DNA from: Oculina patagonica | Lineage: Eukaryota | Assembly: GCF_052425735.1 (NCBI RefSeq) | Contig: NC_135771.1 | Location: 3,720,001-3,784,000, forward strand | Direction of reading: 5' to 3' | DNA: 64,000 nt | Position numbers and translations under genes: made by a program | Shown: one piece after another, positions 50,387-61,899 of the stretch | Layout of the letters: the number at the start of each line of letters is the position of its first letter | Numbering within the stretch: the stretch's first letter is position 1 | Notes under the pieces: model-generated | What the model was told of the DNA's origin: nothing | Seen by the model: only the letters and a program-made list of their open reading frames with translations | Database searches by the model: none

Positions 50387-51018
50387 CACAACATGGCCTG
50401 CAGTGCGTCAAAAACCTGAAAGTTGATTAAAAAAAGAAATGATCAAATGTAGCTTGTAGTGTTTCTATGAAGAGATCATTAAACTTCTTATTGATGCTGA
50501 TTATTGTCTCTGTTTTCTATTAGTATTTGCTTTAGTTCTTAAGTTACTTGCTTTTCAATTACCTATCCCAATCCGCAGAGGCCGCCAGTTAATCTGAAAT
50601 GTGCGCAGAGATATTCTCTTTCAAGTTAAACGCGCAGATATTGCTTAAAGGGAAATAAATAGCACCCGGTCAGCTTTAGGCATAGAAAAATTCTGCTGGT
50701 AGAATTTCGAATCAAAAGGCACACATGAAATAATGCTTCAACGCGATTGGCTCCTGCCTCGCGGAAAAAGGCACTTAGTTTTAACATCATTTGAAACAAA
50801 ACACATACTGAGGATTTTTTCTGCTCAACCAGGAGCCAGCATTCGCCAAGCCGTTTGTAAATGGTCTGGAGAGACTCGTTTCCCAGGGGCTCTTTCCGCC
50901 CTTCTTGAAAACTTTCGCCGCTTCGAGTTTTTCTCTTCGAGTTTGGGTCTTCGGGGATGAGCTTGGAGGGGATTATAAAATTACAGCACACCAGTCAGTA
51001 ATAATTTGGTGGTCAATG

Positions 51019-51438
51019 CCCGGGGGGGTGGGTACTCAAAAAAGATTGTACGGGGAGGCTCCGCCCGAAGATCCAACCCCTTACCCTTTTATATACCATT
51101 TTGATAGAAAAGGTACCCCTTTTGTATACCTTTTATTGCAAAAAGGCACCCCTTTCATATACCTACACGACATCACATTTACCTAAAACGGGAAGTTTTC
51201 GTGTTATTTTTATGTAGCGCTTAATAAATTAAAACGATACTGCCAAAAGTTGCGTCTGCTCGAAATATATGATATAAAGGCCTTTTAAAATAACATTATG
51301 GCAGATTTCCCTACCCTTTCATATACCTAAACTTGTGAAATCCCTACCCTTTTATATACCTGGAGCCTAAAAAAGGTACCCCTTTCGGGCGGAGCCTCCC
51401 CGTATAGGCCATTATAGGGAGTACCCCCCCCCCCCGGG
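51019..51438. mobile_element. MITE with CCCGGG termini
   Basis: cccggggggg..gtactc / gagtaccccccc..ggg; 7-8-bp TSD (G)GTCAATG; empty site at ~61351. Confidence 0.75.
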
Positions 51439-53276
51439 GTCAATGTAACGGTATTAAGATGCTGGAATGCTTTTAGCATGATTCAATGTCATCCATATTG
51501 CAAAAGGCGGCTACCTCGCGCGAAAGCATAAATTATACGAGGTCTAAATGGACTAAAGACTGTACTTTTTAAAATCAAAGACCACTGATATTTAGTGCAT
51601 TGTAATTTGTATTTCTATACTTTGTATACTCCGGGTGTACTCTGCCGCCACTGGTTTTTCGACAGGGATTTTAACCATACACTTTGAATGAAATAAATTG
51701 AATTGAAAGCTAAAGCGTCAGCATTGCTTAAGAAAATAGCGGAGTTACTTTTTTTTCTTATACGAACAAACTTCTGGTCTCATTTCTTTATTATTACTTT
51801 TTTGCGATACATTGAGCGGATTCGCGGATTTCGAAAGTAGAGTGGATCGCGGATTAGCTGAGAATATTTGTGCCGATTCCGGACTCTTTATGTCAGGAAG
51901 TTCGGATCGTGGATAAGCAAAGTTCGAATCACTTTGGTCGGTCTTCGTCTGTATGTTGGCGAATTGTCGAAAACACAAGCAATGTAGCATGCAGCTCTCG
52001 GAAGCTTTATTTACTGGTCCTCTAGTGTGGCAGTTGCTATCAGGTTATTTCTGGGGCTAGGGGCATTGTTCCTGTTGTTTGTTCTATTGTTCTCTCGAAG
52101 GGAACGAGCCATTCATGTGGGACCTTGAGAGAGAGCTGCTACCCAAGCCCCTAGGCAGCCAATAACCTTATTTGAGATGTTATCAATAAGTATCAGAAAG
52201 ACCACATTTTAGCATATCCCTGACTATCACTTGATTTAAATAGGCGTCCTCAAGATAGGATCACTTACGCCAGTACGCTGTATCATTGCCAGAGAAAAAT
52301 CGGGTAAGATCAGTTTAAGTCCCAAAGTTAGTTTTCAAATTTGGTTCTTAGCACGATCTTAACTTAGCATATCAGGGCCGACCCAACTGTAAATAATTAG
52401 AATCGTGGAAAATGCGAAAACCGATGCGCAATTTTTATTTAAAAAGGTATTCAGATTAGGTGTTGTTGTTTTTAATCAAATCAGTTTTCATCGTTTGCAG
52501 TAACATAAGTTTTCTTTCACATCGCCTTACCTTACCTTTATTTAAACACGATTGTCTTTTTACAGTTCAGAGAAGCTTTTAGGGGGTGTTTTCCCGATCG
52601 AATTAGAATTTGGAAGTAGTGGGTTTTTTCACAGTCGCTATTAATAATTGATACTGGAAACGGCGAGAGTGAAATTTTGAACGTTCTCCTTTTGACGCCA
52701 TACACAGTGGCAGAAAGTTAAGTTACGTTTGTAGTTTGCTTCTTTTAATGCCACCTGGGATGTTATTTTCTTCAGGAGGTCGCTAATTCGGTTGGGAATC
52801 ACAATAGCTCATACACGTGTAATTTGTTCGCTTGACACTTTAAAAAAGAATTCCCGGTATAATAATCAAACATGACTCGCGTTGCCAGAATTTTATAATG
52901 ATAACACTGACAAATTAAAAAAAAGAGAAGAAAACATTCATCCGTTTCTATTTTATAACCTATATGATATGAAAATTTATGATCAAGCAGCCACGTTAGA
53001 TCTGAATTCTTGTCAAGGCAATCACCGTTGTCACGGTTGGAAACTAAATGCATTTTTAAACTTGGCAAAGTGAATACAAAACAAATGGCATCTCTAAATG
53101 TATTTTTCTTTCTAAATAACGACGGAACTTAAAGAATTGAAAGTAGTCTTAGGCCGGGTTAGGCTGAGGGCGCGGGAGACAACTGACACATCTGTTTGAA
53201 AATTTCGTTTGTAAACCTTGCTTTGAAAACATCTGCGTGTACTTAGTCATTGTTACTTGGCTTTGTTTAGAGCAGT

Positions 53277-53585
53277 TTTTATAAGGTAGAGTTTTTTTTT
53301 TTTTTTTTTTTTTTTTTATTGAGTGTCTTAAAACCAAAACCAAAGTAATTACTCTGGCCAACCACAAAGGACACAGACAATCGAGTGAACCAATCAAAAC
53401 TCGAAGCAAATACATGTAGCTGGCACGAAGCGCGGGAAAACGTGCGTGAGCGAGTCACGATTGGTTTTGGTTTAACTCCTGATTGGGGAAGTGGCGCGAA
53501 ATCTTTAAGCCAATCACTAAGCGTAGCAATTCAAAACCAAAGCAAACGCAATTAACTTTCGACACTCAAGTGAAAAGCGCTCTAA
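53277..53585. mobile_element. Dispersed ~300-bp MITE-like repeat (also ~63400-63687, and antisense ~13725-14000)
   Basis: tagagcagtttt..gagtgtc..aaaccaaaaccaaagtaattactctggccaa..ttcgacactcaagtgaaaagcgctcta in three copies. Confidence 0.75.
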
Positions 53586-54559
53586 CGGGAATTCTAAAGA
53601 AGATTTTGTCTTCAGGAGCTTTTGCCCAAGCCAAACTGAAAAAGCGAACGAGAATGTTTTACTGGAGTGTTCATAAGGGTGGGATTAGTCACTGCGTAGC
53701 ACCACTTGCTTGAATATAAATTTTAAAAAAAACAACAGACAAATTGTAATTGTATTTCGCTTTTGCTCAAAAGCAGATGACTCTCGTTTTGTAAAACCAA
53801 TTTACATTCGTAAAAAGAAATCCTATGAAATTTACATTATTTTTAAAGTTATGACGGTACAAAAACTTAATGTCGTCATAGTTTTTTTTCAGTAACGCGA
53901 ATTTTAACAAATCCATGCTATAGATTTTGCTTCTAAACGCACTCTACCCGTGATGTTGATTTAAACGGAGAAAAATGTAAGCTGTGTGAGTTTTTATGGT
54001 TTTTGTGTTCTTGTCACGTGACTTACCAAATATGGTCATGACTACCGGAAATGAAGGAAATCTTCAATAGAACAAACATGATCAAACACTAAACCCAGGA
54101 TACTAAGGGCGCCCAAGATATGATGGTTAGAAGCCATCCATAACAGCCATACAACAGATACTTTACGAAGTTCGAATCACTTTGGTCTGTTTTTGTCGGT
54201 ATGTTGGCGGAATTGTCGCAAAAACAAGCAATGGAACGAAACTTCTTAGAAAAATTGGCATAAAAACCAATATCTACTGTCCGTTGTAGCGAAACTATAC
54301 CACAAAAAGTAGTGCGGGGGATTTGGATTTCAACGAAAATAGTGGTGGACTGACGGATTTGGGCAAATAATAGCACGAATCGGCGGATTTGCGTACCCCT
54401 ATTCACCTCCCCCACCCCCCTTCATTAAGAAAGAAGTTAATCACCTAATACTTTTAAGGAAAATTAACGCATGAGGGACACTGATTAACTGCTTACTATT
54501 TTCTGATTATTGTTAAAGATTCAGTTAGACTGCTTCACAAGTTCAAGTTACAACGAAAG

Positions 54560-57500
54560 ATGTTGCGTTTGTTGGCTCTTTGTCTCTTTGCAGTGCTGTT
54601 TTGTAGCACAGGTAAGCGTTGATGCGTGTTTTTACAGTGTAACAGCCACGGACGTTACAGTTTTAACACACATCTATTTCCTAACACCTTCGATAACAGC
54701 TTCCCAACTCACAAGTAATCAAAATATAATTTCTCCGCACGATACAAACATATGTATAAATATAGCCGATTAATACTGACGGGAAATGAGAAAATACGAA
54801 ACTATCAAATGAAAACAATAATATAATGGCCAGGCCATTTACTAGGTTGATATGTGACACGCGTCCTGCATACTGCTAGGATCAGCAATGTCGAAAGTAT
54901 CAAGTGTGTAATAAATAATAAAAGATGGTGAAATAAATTTAGGCTCGAAGAATAAATGAAAAATAAATAAGTAACAAGAATAATCTCGTTTTGGTTGCTC
55001 ACCAAATTCTTAGAACTACAGTTTGAAAAAATGCATGTCAATCAACAAGACAAAAAAGATAGCGATAGTCCCAACTTTTTGACCGTGCACAAAGTTAAAT
55101 AGAGATTTTCTAGCATTGATTCCTTTCCACGAATGTTTGACAAAATAGACTGGAACAAATTATCAAACAAAGACAACACATAGGTTGTTTACCATTCAAC
55201 AGAAAAACCAGTTGGTCGACGGTTGAAGTAAATGGACAGGTCAAATCCCGAGTGGAAATTTCCACAGGAATGCGCTCGTTCCATTTCCACGGCTGTTCCC
55301 TGTTCCTTGTGTGTGTGTGTGTGTGGTTTTCCGGTCTTTTCCACATGAAGAACCACTCTCAGAAAGCGTATATTACTCAGATTACTCACCGTATTGGGGC
55401 GAGGGATCACCAACACACTATGACATAAAAGAAGAGACATATCAGGCGCCAAAAACCCACGTGCTCCGCACTGAAACATTTGCGATACCATCTTTTATCA
55501 CCTTGGGAGCCTCGCGATCAAAGGCGATCCAAGCCAAAAGGCCTGAAACTGATAAAAATTAGAAAATGAAACGCACATTTTCCATTCGGAAATTCCGTTT
55601 AGAAATTTGGGACTACCTTTCAAGAAACCCCGTTTTTCCGTGGAAATTTCCGTTCGGGAAGAAAAAGATAGTCTTCACATTTACATTCAAACCGAAATTT
55701 CCAGATTTTTGGGGTATATAGTAAACCTTATATTATTCTCAGCTGTGTTTACAGAGGGAAAAATACACGTGCTCACGGTTTCGGAAGGCGAGGAGATGTC
55801 ACTAGACTGCGGCTCAAACTTTATCTATATTCTGAGAGCGAAGTATGGATTCCCTGAAAAGCAATGCTTTGCTGGTCGTTCAGTGGAGGTAGCTGTGTAC
55901 GAGTGTCAGGGGCAGCATAGATGCACTCTGTACGCTGAAAACTCCGCATTTGGAGATCCGTGCGATGGTGTCACAAAGAAACTGGAGGTGGGCTCTATAA
56001 ACGTAATTATATACAGCATTTTTCGAGCATTTGAGTCCTGATTTAAGCTCGTTAAACTTAATTAAATACAGCATTTTTCGAGCATTTGAGTCCTGATTTA
56101 AGCTCGTTAAACTTAATTAAATACAGCATTTTTCGAGCATTTGAGTCCTGATTTAAGCTCGTTAAACTTAATTAAATACAGCATTTTTCGAGCATTTGAG
56201 TCCTGATTTAAGCTCGTTAAACTTAATTAAATACAGCATTTTTCGAGCATTTGAGTCCTGATTTAAGCTCGTTAAACTTAATTAAATACAGCATTTTTTG
56301 ATCATTTGAACCCTGATTTGAGATCAATTAACTTAATTGTTGCACCAGATTTTGTTTCCTTAACCTCTCGGGCAAAATAATCGGAATTGCAAAATGGCAT
56401 CATAAGAGTAAAAACAGAAACGCTGTTGCTAAAAATCGGGTATTGAGGATGAACTCAACTTGAAATAGTACCCTTAACTGGGCAGAATACGAAAAGAATC
56501 GCTAAGTCTGAACAGAATATGCACAGAAAATGATATTTTTATGAGCACTGCTGCTGGCAGAAATGGCTAGTTTACGAGTAGAATTTTTCAACCAAAAAAA
56601 AGATCAGCGAACGTTAACCAAAGCACGAATAAAACTGAAAAAACAAAGGATGAAATCAGTACATATTAGCCGCTTTTTAAGACGTTAAAGACGTCTGGTA
56701 TAAAAACGGGACGCATTTAGTAGACGGCTTTTCAGAAAAAATAAATAATAAATAAAATAAAAGACTGGGTTTTACACTCGGAGGACACTGGACACGAAGA
56801 CGTTAAAGCCATCAGACGTTAAAGGCGTCTGTCTTATTTACCGTTTTTAAGCGATGACGTGAAACTGATGACGTCATCGCTTTAATGCGGGCACCCGATC
56901 GACAGGATCTGTTTAGCTCAATCGAACAGAAATCAAGTTTAACTTAATAACAAGAAATCGCCGCGTAGAACACAAAAGCAAAATACTCCCGTGCAGTAAG
57001 AATGGAACACTACAATGTATAAACGAAAGAGACTAATCATATTCGATGAGTTCTGGTAGATTTAGAGGACAGAAATTTCTTATTTCTTTTAATAAACAGG
57101 ACCACACAGGGCCGCTGTGAGCGAGATGCCGTTTGACCTTAAGCTTGCTCGCGTGTGTCGTATATGTTGTTCATCGGGAGTCACGCTACAATATAACGTA
57201 ACCTTTGTTGCAATTGAGGCAACAAAGGGAAATGTAAAAAATAAAAATAATAATAATAAAATATCAGGATCCGTTTAGCGCAATCGAACAGAAATCAAGT
57301 TTAACTTAATTACAAGAAATCGCTGCGTAGAACACAAAAGCAAAATACTCCCGTGCAGTTAGAATGGAACACTTCAATGTATAAACGAAAGAGACTAAAT
57401 TTTATATGATGGGATCTATTAGGTTTAGTAGACAGAAATTTGTAATTCTTAGAAGATACAGGGCTGCTGTGAGCAAGAGACCGTTTGACCTTTCTCGCAG

Positions 57501-60375
57501 CTTAAAAGCTACAATTAAGCTAGCTCCCGCGTATCTATCGCAAGTCACGCTATAATATAACGTAATCTTTGTTGAGACAACAGGGAAATCTAAAAAAAAA
57601 TATATATATATAAAATAAAATAAAATATTACTGTTGTACTATTGAGCAAATCTACGAAGAAAATGTATTTTTAACTTTGCATCCTTGAGCTGTAAAATCA
57701 TAACTACTGAATTTTTTGAATTCCATCAGATCCTAACTATGCTATTTATACAAATTATCACTAACATTGCTTCTTAGGTTTAAAATATGTAAGCTGCAGT
57801 TTGATAACAGTCTTAATCACGCACAAGGCGTCAGCTACTTTTATTTACGTTAAGTTTTTGACAAATTTCCTCAGAAAATTATGTAAGACCCCTTGTGAAA
57901 CGTCATCGCTTCTGCATGTATTGCATGCCGTTTATTATACTAGTTAACGGCGTCCCGTTTTTGTACTAGACGCCTTTAACGTCTGAGAAGTTAAAGCTGT
58001 CCGTTAAGAGCGTCGTTCAGACGCTCTTACAAAAACACATTAAAGCAGTCAGACGTTTAAGGCGTCTGCCTTATTTACCATTTTTATACTAGACGTTAAA
58101 GTCGTCTCGAGACAGTTTGAACGTCTCAGACGGCTTTAACTTCAATTCTTTAGCATTAAAACGGCCATTGTATATAAAAAAGCCAAATAATAAAACTGAG
58201 AAGTTTTCGCATTGCCTTGCAACAGGTTCACTACTGGTGTATGAGTACACTGCCTTCTCAAGGCTTCCTGGTGCGGGCTTGCGAAGGTGAAGTACTTGAG
58301 ATCAGTTGCCCAGCGATTATCAACATCATTTCGGCGAACTACGGCCGTACGACTGGTGGACATATCTGTAGCGGTGGTGACGTATCAAACACAAACTGCG
58401 GAGCTGCGGAGTCCATTGACATAGTTAGAAGCGCGTGCCAATCAGAGCAGGAATGCTCTTTAAAGGCATCAGGCGACGTATTTCGCCGCGATCCTTGTGC
58501 TGGCATAACCAAGTATCTGGAGGTAAGGATTATTCAGAGCAGAAGTTTTTCAGACTGGTTTATATTTCCGAAGAAATCGAAGACGCGAAGATCGCCGCAG
58601 AAAAAACGAAAATCTCAAGATTGAAGCGTAGATCTGAATTGACCGAAATGCGCGTGATCAAATTAATCACTCAGATATAAATCAAAAAACTGTCAAAACC
58701 AGTAAACACTGCAGGAAATATCTGTAATTTCTGAATTTAGTATTTGAACACGAAAAAAACGAACGAAGATAAAACGAAGATTTACAAAAAAAAAAAAAGA
58801 ACAGTCATAGGCGTACGGGCGCCTTCGCACCTGAGGGGGCGGAGACCTTTTTGCCCGAAAAAAAAAATATATATGCGTTGAAAGCGAATATAGAGGCATA
58901 CAAAAAATAGACCACAAAATGTGTATTGAAATTGTTGTGTACAAACCTATTTCTTCAGAAATATTTTATTTATTCACTCTGGTTCAGCAAAATCTAAAGT
59001 ATTTTTGGGAGTCAATTTGCATTGTTTTTGCCCCACTTGAAAGTTATACAAAGGCGTTTGAAACATTCATTCATTTTCCACTCACTTCAAAAGGATTGCA
59101 ACTTAATCAAACTGAGGGGTCACGCCGAATTTGCGAGAGAAATCGAACATGATTATAGCAATTTGTGAGAGAAAACGAAAGCAGAAAAATGAGAAATTTA
59201 GACTTTTGAACAACAAAGTTTGGCATATTTCCAATACTTTTTCTGCTGATGTAATTTGTTTTGAACGTAATAATAAGATTTGTCGGCTTATTTTTTATTT
59301 TTTCTCTAGGCTTTTTGCCCGAATTCGGTACATTTTGCACTGGGGGGGAACACTGGGGGGGGGCTGCAGCCCCCCTCGCCCCCTGCCTCGTACGCCTATG
59401 AGAACAGTTAAGAAGAAAACTAAGCCCGTGGGTACCCATAGAGAGGTTCACAGTTTAGTATGCATTTCTCCCCTCATTCCAAAATTTTGTGGTGAGTTCA
59501 AGGACCGGTACCTGTAAGAGGAAATTAAAGGGGATAGGTCACGGTATTTTAGGTTATTCTATTTATTTTTGTTAAATAAGAGCTGTAAACTTCAAATTGG
59601 CAGAGCAAATTTTATTTATTGGCAAAATCAAGGCCACATAAAAAAAGGATGATTATCGAGCATTGTAAATGACACTTTCAAACAAACTGAGATAAACTTG
59701 AAAAAAGTCGGCCGACGTTTTTTAAGATAACCCGAACGCAATCCGTTTTAATCTTCTCGAATTTTGCCCATCCATGCCCCTTTTTGGCCTTTCTGTGTTA
59801 TTCTACAGTTTTAAGCCGTTATTATGACATTTCAGTTAATTCTATGACCAGATGGTCAGTGCCGAAATTGCCTAAAATTGCGTGATATAGCCCTTTTAAA
59901 TTCCGAGATAGCAATCTTGCGTCATGTCCGTTCCAAATAAATATCGATTCGTAACTAAAAAATTAAATGGTAGTGGTTTTGCACTTAGCTTCACATCTCT
60001 TTTAGATAGCTAGCTTACAGGCATGCCACTGAAACAGAGGAAACAAATATTTTAAATGAACAGGAGGCAGTTTAAAACCCCAACTAGCAGTAGACGGGCC
60101 AGTTGGCTATATACAAAGCGTGACCGAGGATTTGAACTCGGGACGACAAAAAACAAATCCAGCTTGTGGCAGGGTGAAGGGCTTAAATCTGGGACCTCCG
60201 GATTACAACAGCAGCACCCTAAACGCTCGGCCATGCTTTTTGGCAGGAATTGTTCCCTTCGAAGAGATTTTAAAGGAGATATACTTCCCACCTCTTTTTC
60301 TCCCCAGAATTTAATAAACCTAATTGTCCAATTTATATCATTTTGCAACAGGTTAGATACGAATGTTTGGAGTGA
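54560..60375 (+). CDS. Secreted SUEL-type lectin RBL-4 (divergent CRD1)
   Basis: Exons 54560-54611, 55755-55987, 58226-58522, 60352-60375; close paralog of RBL-3; CRD2 has ASGDVFRRDPC. Confidence 0.87.
55183..55727. mobile_element. MITE in RBL-4 intron 1
   Basis: Insertion relative to RBL-3 intron 1; ends ggttgtttacc.. / ..gtaaacc; internal ggaaatttcc palindromes. Confidence 0.55.
55990..56337 (+). repeat. 55-bp minisatellite x ~6 starting at the RBL-4 intron 2 donor
   Basis: taattaaatacagcatttttcgagcatttgagtcctgatttaagctcgttaaact repeated; only 2-3 diverged units in RBL-3 (~46805-46930). Confidence 0.9.
56662..58170. mobile_element. Non-autonomous DNA transposon, possibly EnSpm/CACTA-like, with an internal ~360-bp duplication
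   Basis: Insertion relative to RBL-3; CA..TG ends flanked by TA; many agacgttaaa subterminal repeats; ~56903-57250 is similar to ~57264-57600. Confidence 0.55.
58806..59400. mobile_element. hAT-like MITE in RBL-4 intron 3
   Basis: TIR CATAGGCGTACG / CGTACGCCTATG; 8-bp TSD AGAACAGT. Confidence 0.85.
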
Positions 60376-61034
60376 CACAACATGGTCCGCAGTGCGTCAA
60401 AAGCCTTGCAGTTTAAACAAAATGATCAAGTGTAGCTGTAGAGTTTCTTTGAAGAGATCATTAAACTTCTTATTGACGCTGATTATTGTCTCTCCTTTCT
60501 ATTAGTATTTGCTTACTTTCCAACCTATTGCAAATCCGCAGAGGCCACCAGTTTTCCACCAATTTATCTCGTCCCCAGAGACGACGTTACCCTTGTCCTG
60601 CTGAAGGGGCGTGGACCCTGGAAACGTGATTGCCAGTTTATCTGAAAAGTGCGCGGAAATATTCTCTTTTAAGATAAACGCGCATGTATTGGTGATAGAG
60701 AAATATATAGTGCCCGGTCAGCTTTAGGCATAGAAAAATTCTGCTGGTAGAATTTCGAATCAAAAGGCACACATGAAATACTGCTTCAACACGTTTGAAA
60801 CAGAACACATACTGAGGATTTTTTTCTGCTCAATCAGGAGCCAGCATTTGCAGAGCCGTTTGGAAATGGTCTGGAGAGACTCGTTTCCCAGGGGCTCTTT
60901 CCGCCCTTCTTGAAAACTTTCGCCGCTTCGAGTTTTTCTGGGTTTACTTCGTTTCGCCCCGACCAACTGCTCCTGGGTCTCCGAGGATGGGCCTGGAGGG
61001 GATTAGAAATTTAAAGCACACCACTCAGTTATAG

Positions 61035-61338
61035 TCATTCTCGTCCCCATAGCCCTTTCGTTTCTTTTAGCCAGCTGAGCCTTGGCACGAGGAAACGAAG
61101 GGCTGGATTTCCAGTCCTAGATTCTAGGACTTCCGGTCTTCATGTATGCAGTCACGACGTTTCAAAGGAATGTATGAGATAGTCGTTACGTTTTCGACTT
61201 CCGTTTAGGAACTCTTTGTTCCAAACAGCCAATCAAAATAATTTGAATTAATTCAAAAATCCTGTGTCCCCAGAGCCCTCCGTTTTCTCGTGCAAAGTCG
61301 GCTAAGAGAAACGAAAGGGCTATGGGGACGAGAATGAG
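61035..61338. mobile_element. Academ-like MITE
   Basis: cattctcgtccccatagccctttcgtttct / agaaacgaaagggctatggggacgagaatg. Confidence 0.65.
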
Positions 61339-61899
61339 CAATAGTTTGTTGGTCAATATAACGGTATTAAGATGTTGGAATGCTATTAGTTGATTCAATG
61401 TCATCCATATTGCAAAAGGCGGCTACCTTGCGCGAAAGCTTAAATTATACGAGGTCTAAATGGACTAAAGACTGCACTTTTAAAATCAAAGACCATTGAT
61501 ATTTAGTGCATTGTAATTTGTATTTCTATACTTTGTATACCCCGGGTGTATACTCCGTGGGCCCGGGCACTGGTTTTTCGACAATGATTTTAAAACGATA
61601 CGCCGTACACTTTGAATGAAATAAATTGAAAATTAAAAGCGTCAAAGTTCCGGTCTCATTTCTTAAAAAAAAAAAACAGAGAAGTGTCTAGGCCTGAAAC
61701 TTTGTACGAAGGGAACCTTTGTTCATAATAAAAATATCATGGAATGAAACAGCTCTGTGATCATAAGGTTTGAGATTTTGTTATAGCTCGGCCGGGTGCG
61801 AAAACTTTTCGGGACCTTCGAGAAACGGGCCCCAAGGAACTGACAAATTTATCGTTGAAGATTAAGGAGGGGGGGTGAATAAGTTCGAGGATCGACGGA

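Noticed and set aside
50055-50426. 123-aa ORF (and the 149-aa ORF at 60056-60505)
   Set aside because: Antisense SINE read-through crossing the last lectin exon in the wrong frame.
55990-56337. CRISPR-like array
   Set aside because: Head-to-tail identical units without unique spacers, no cas genes, eukaryotic intron.
56860-56885. CTGATGA as another hammerhead
   Set aside because: No stem II/GAAA or closing stem I.
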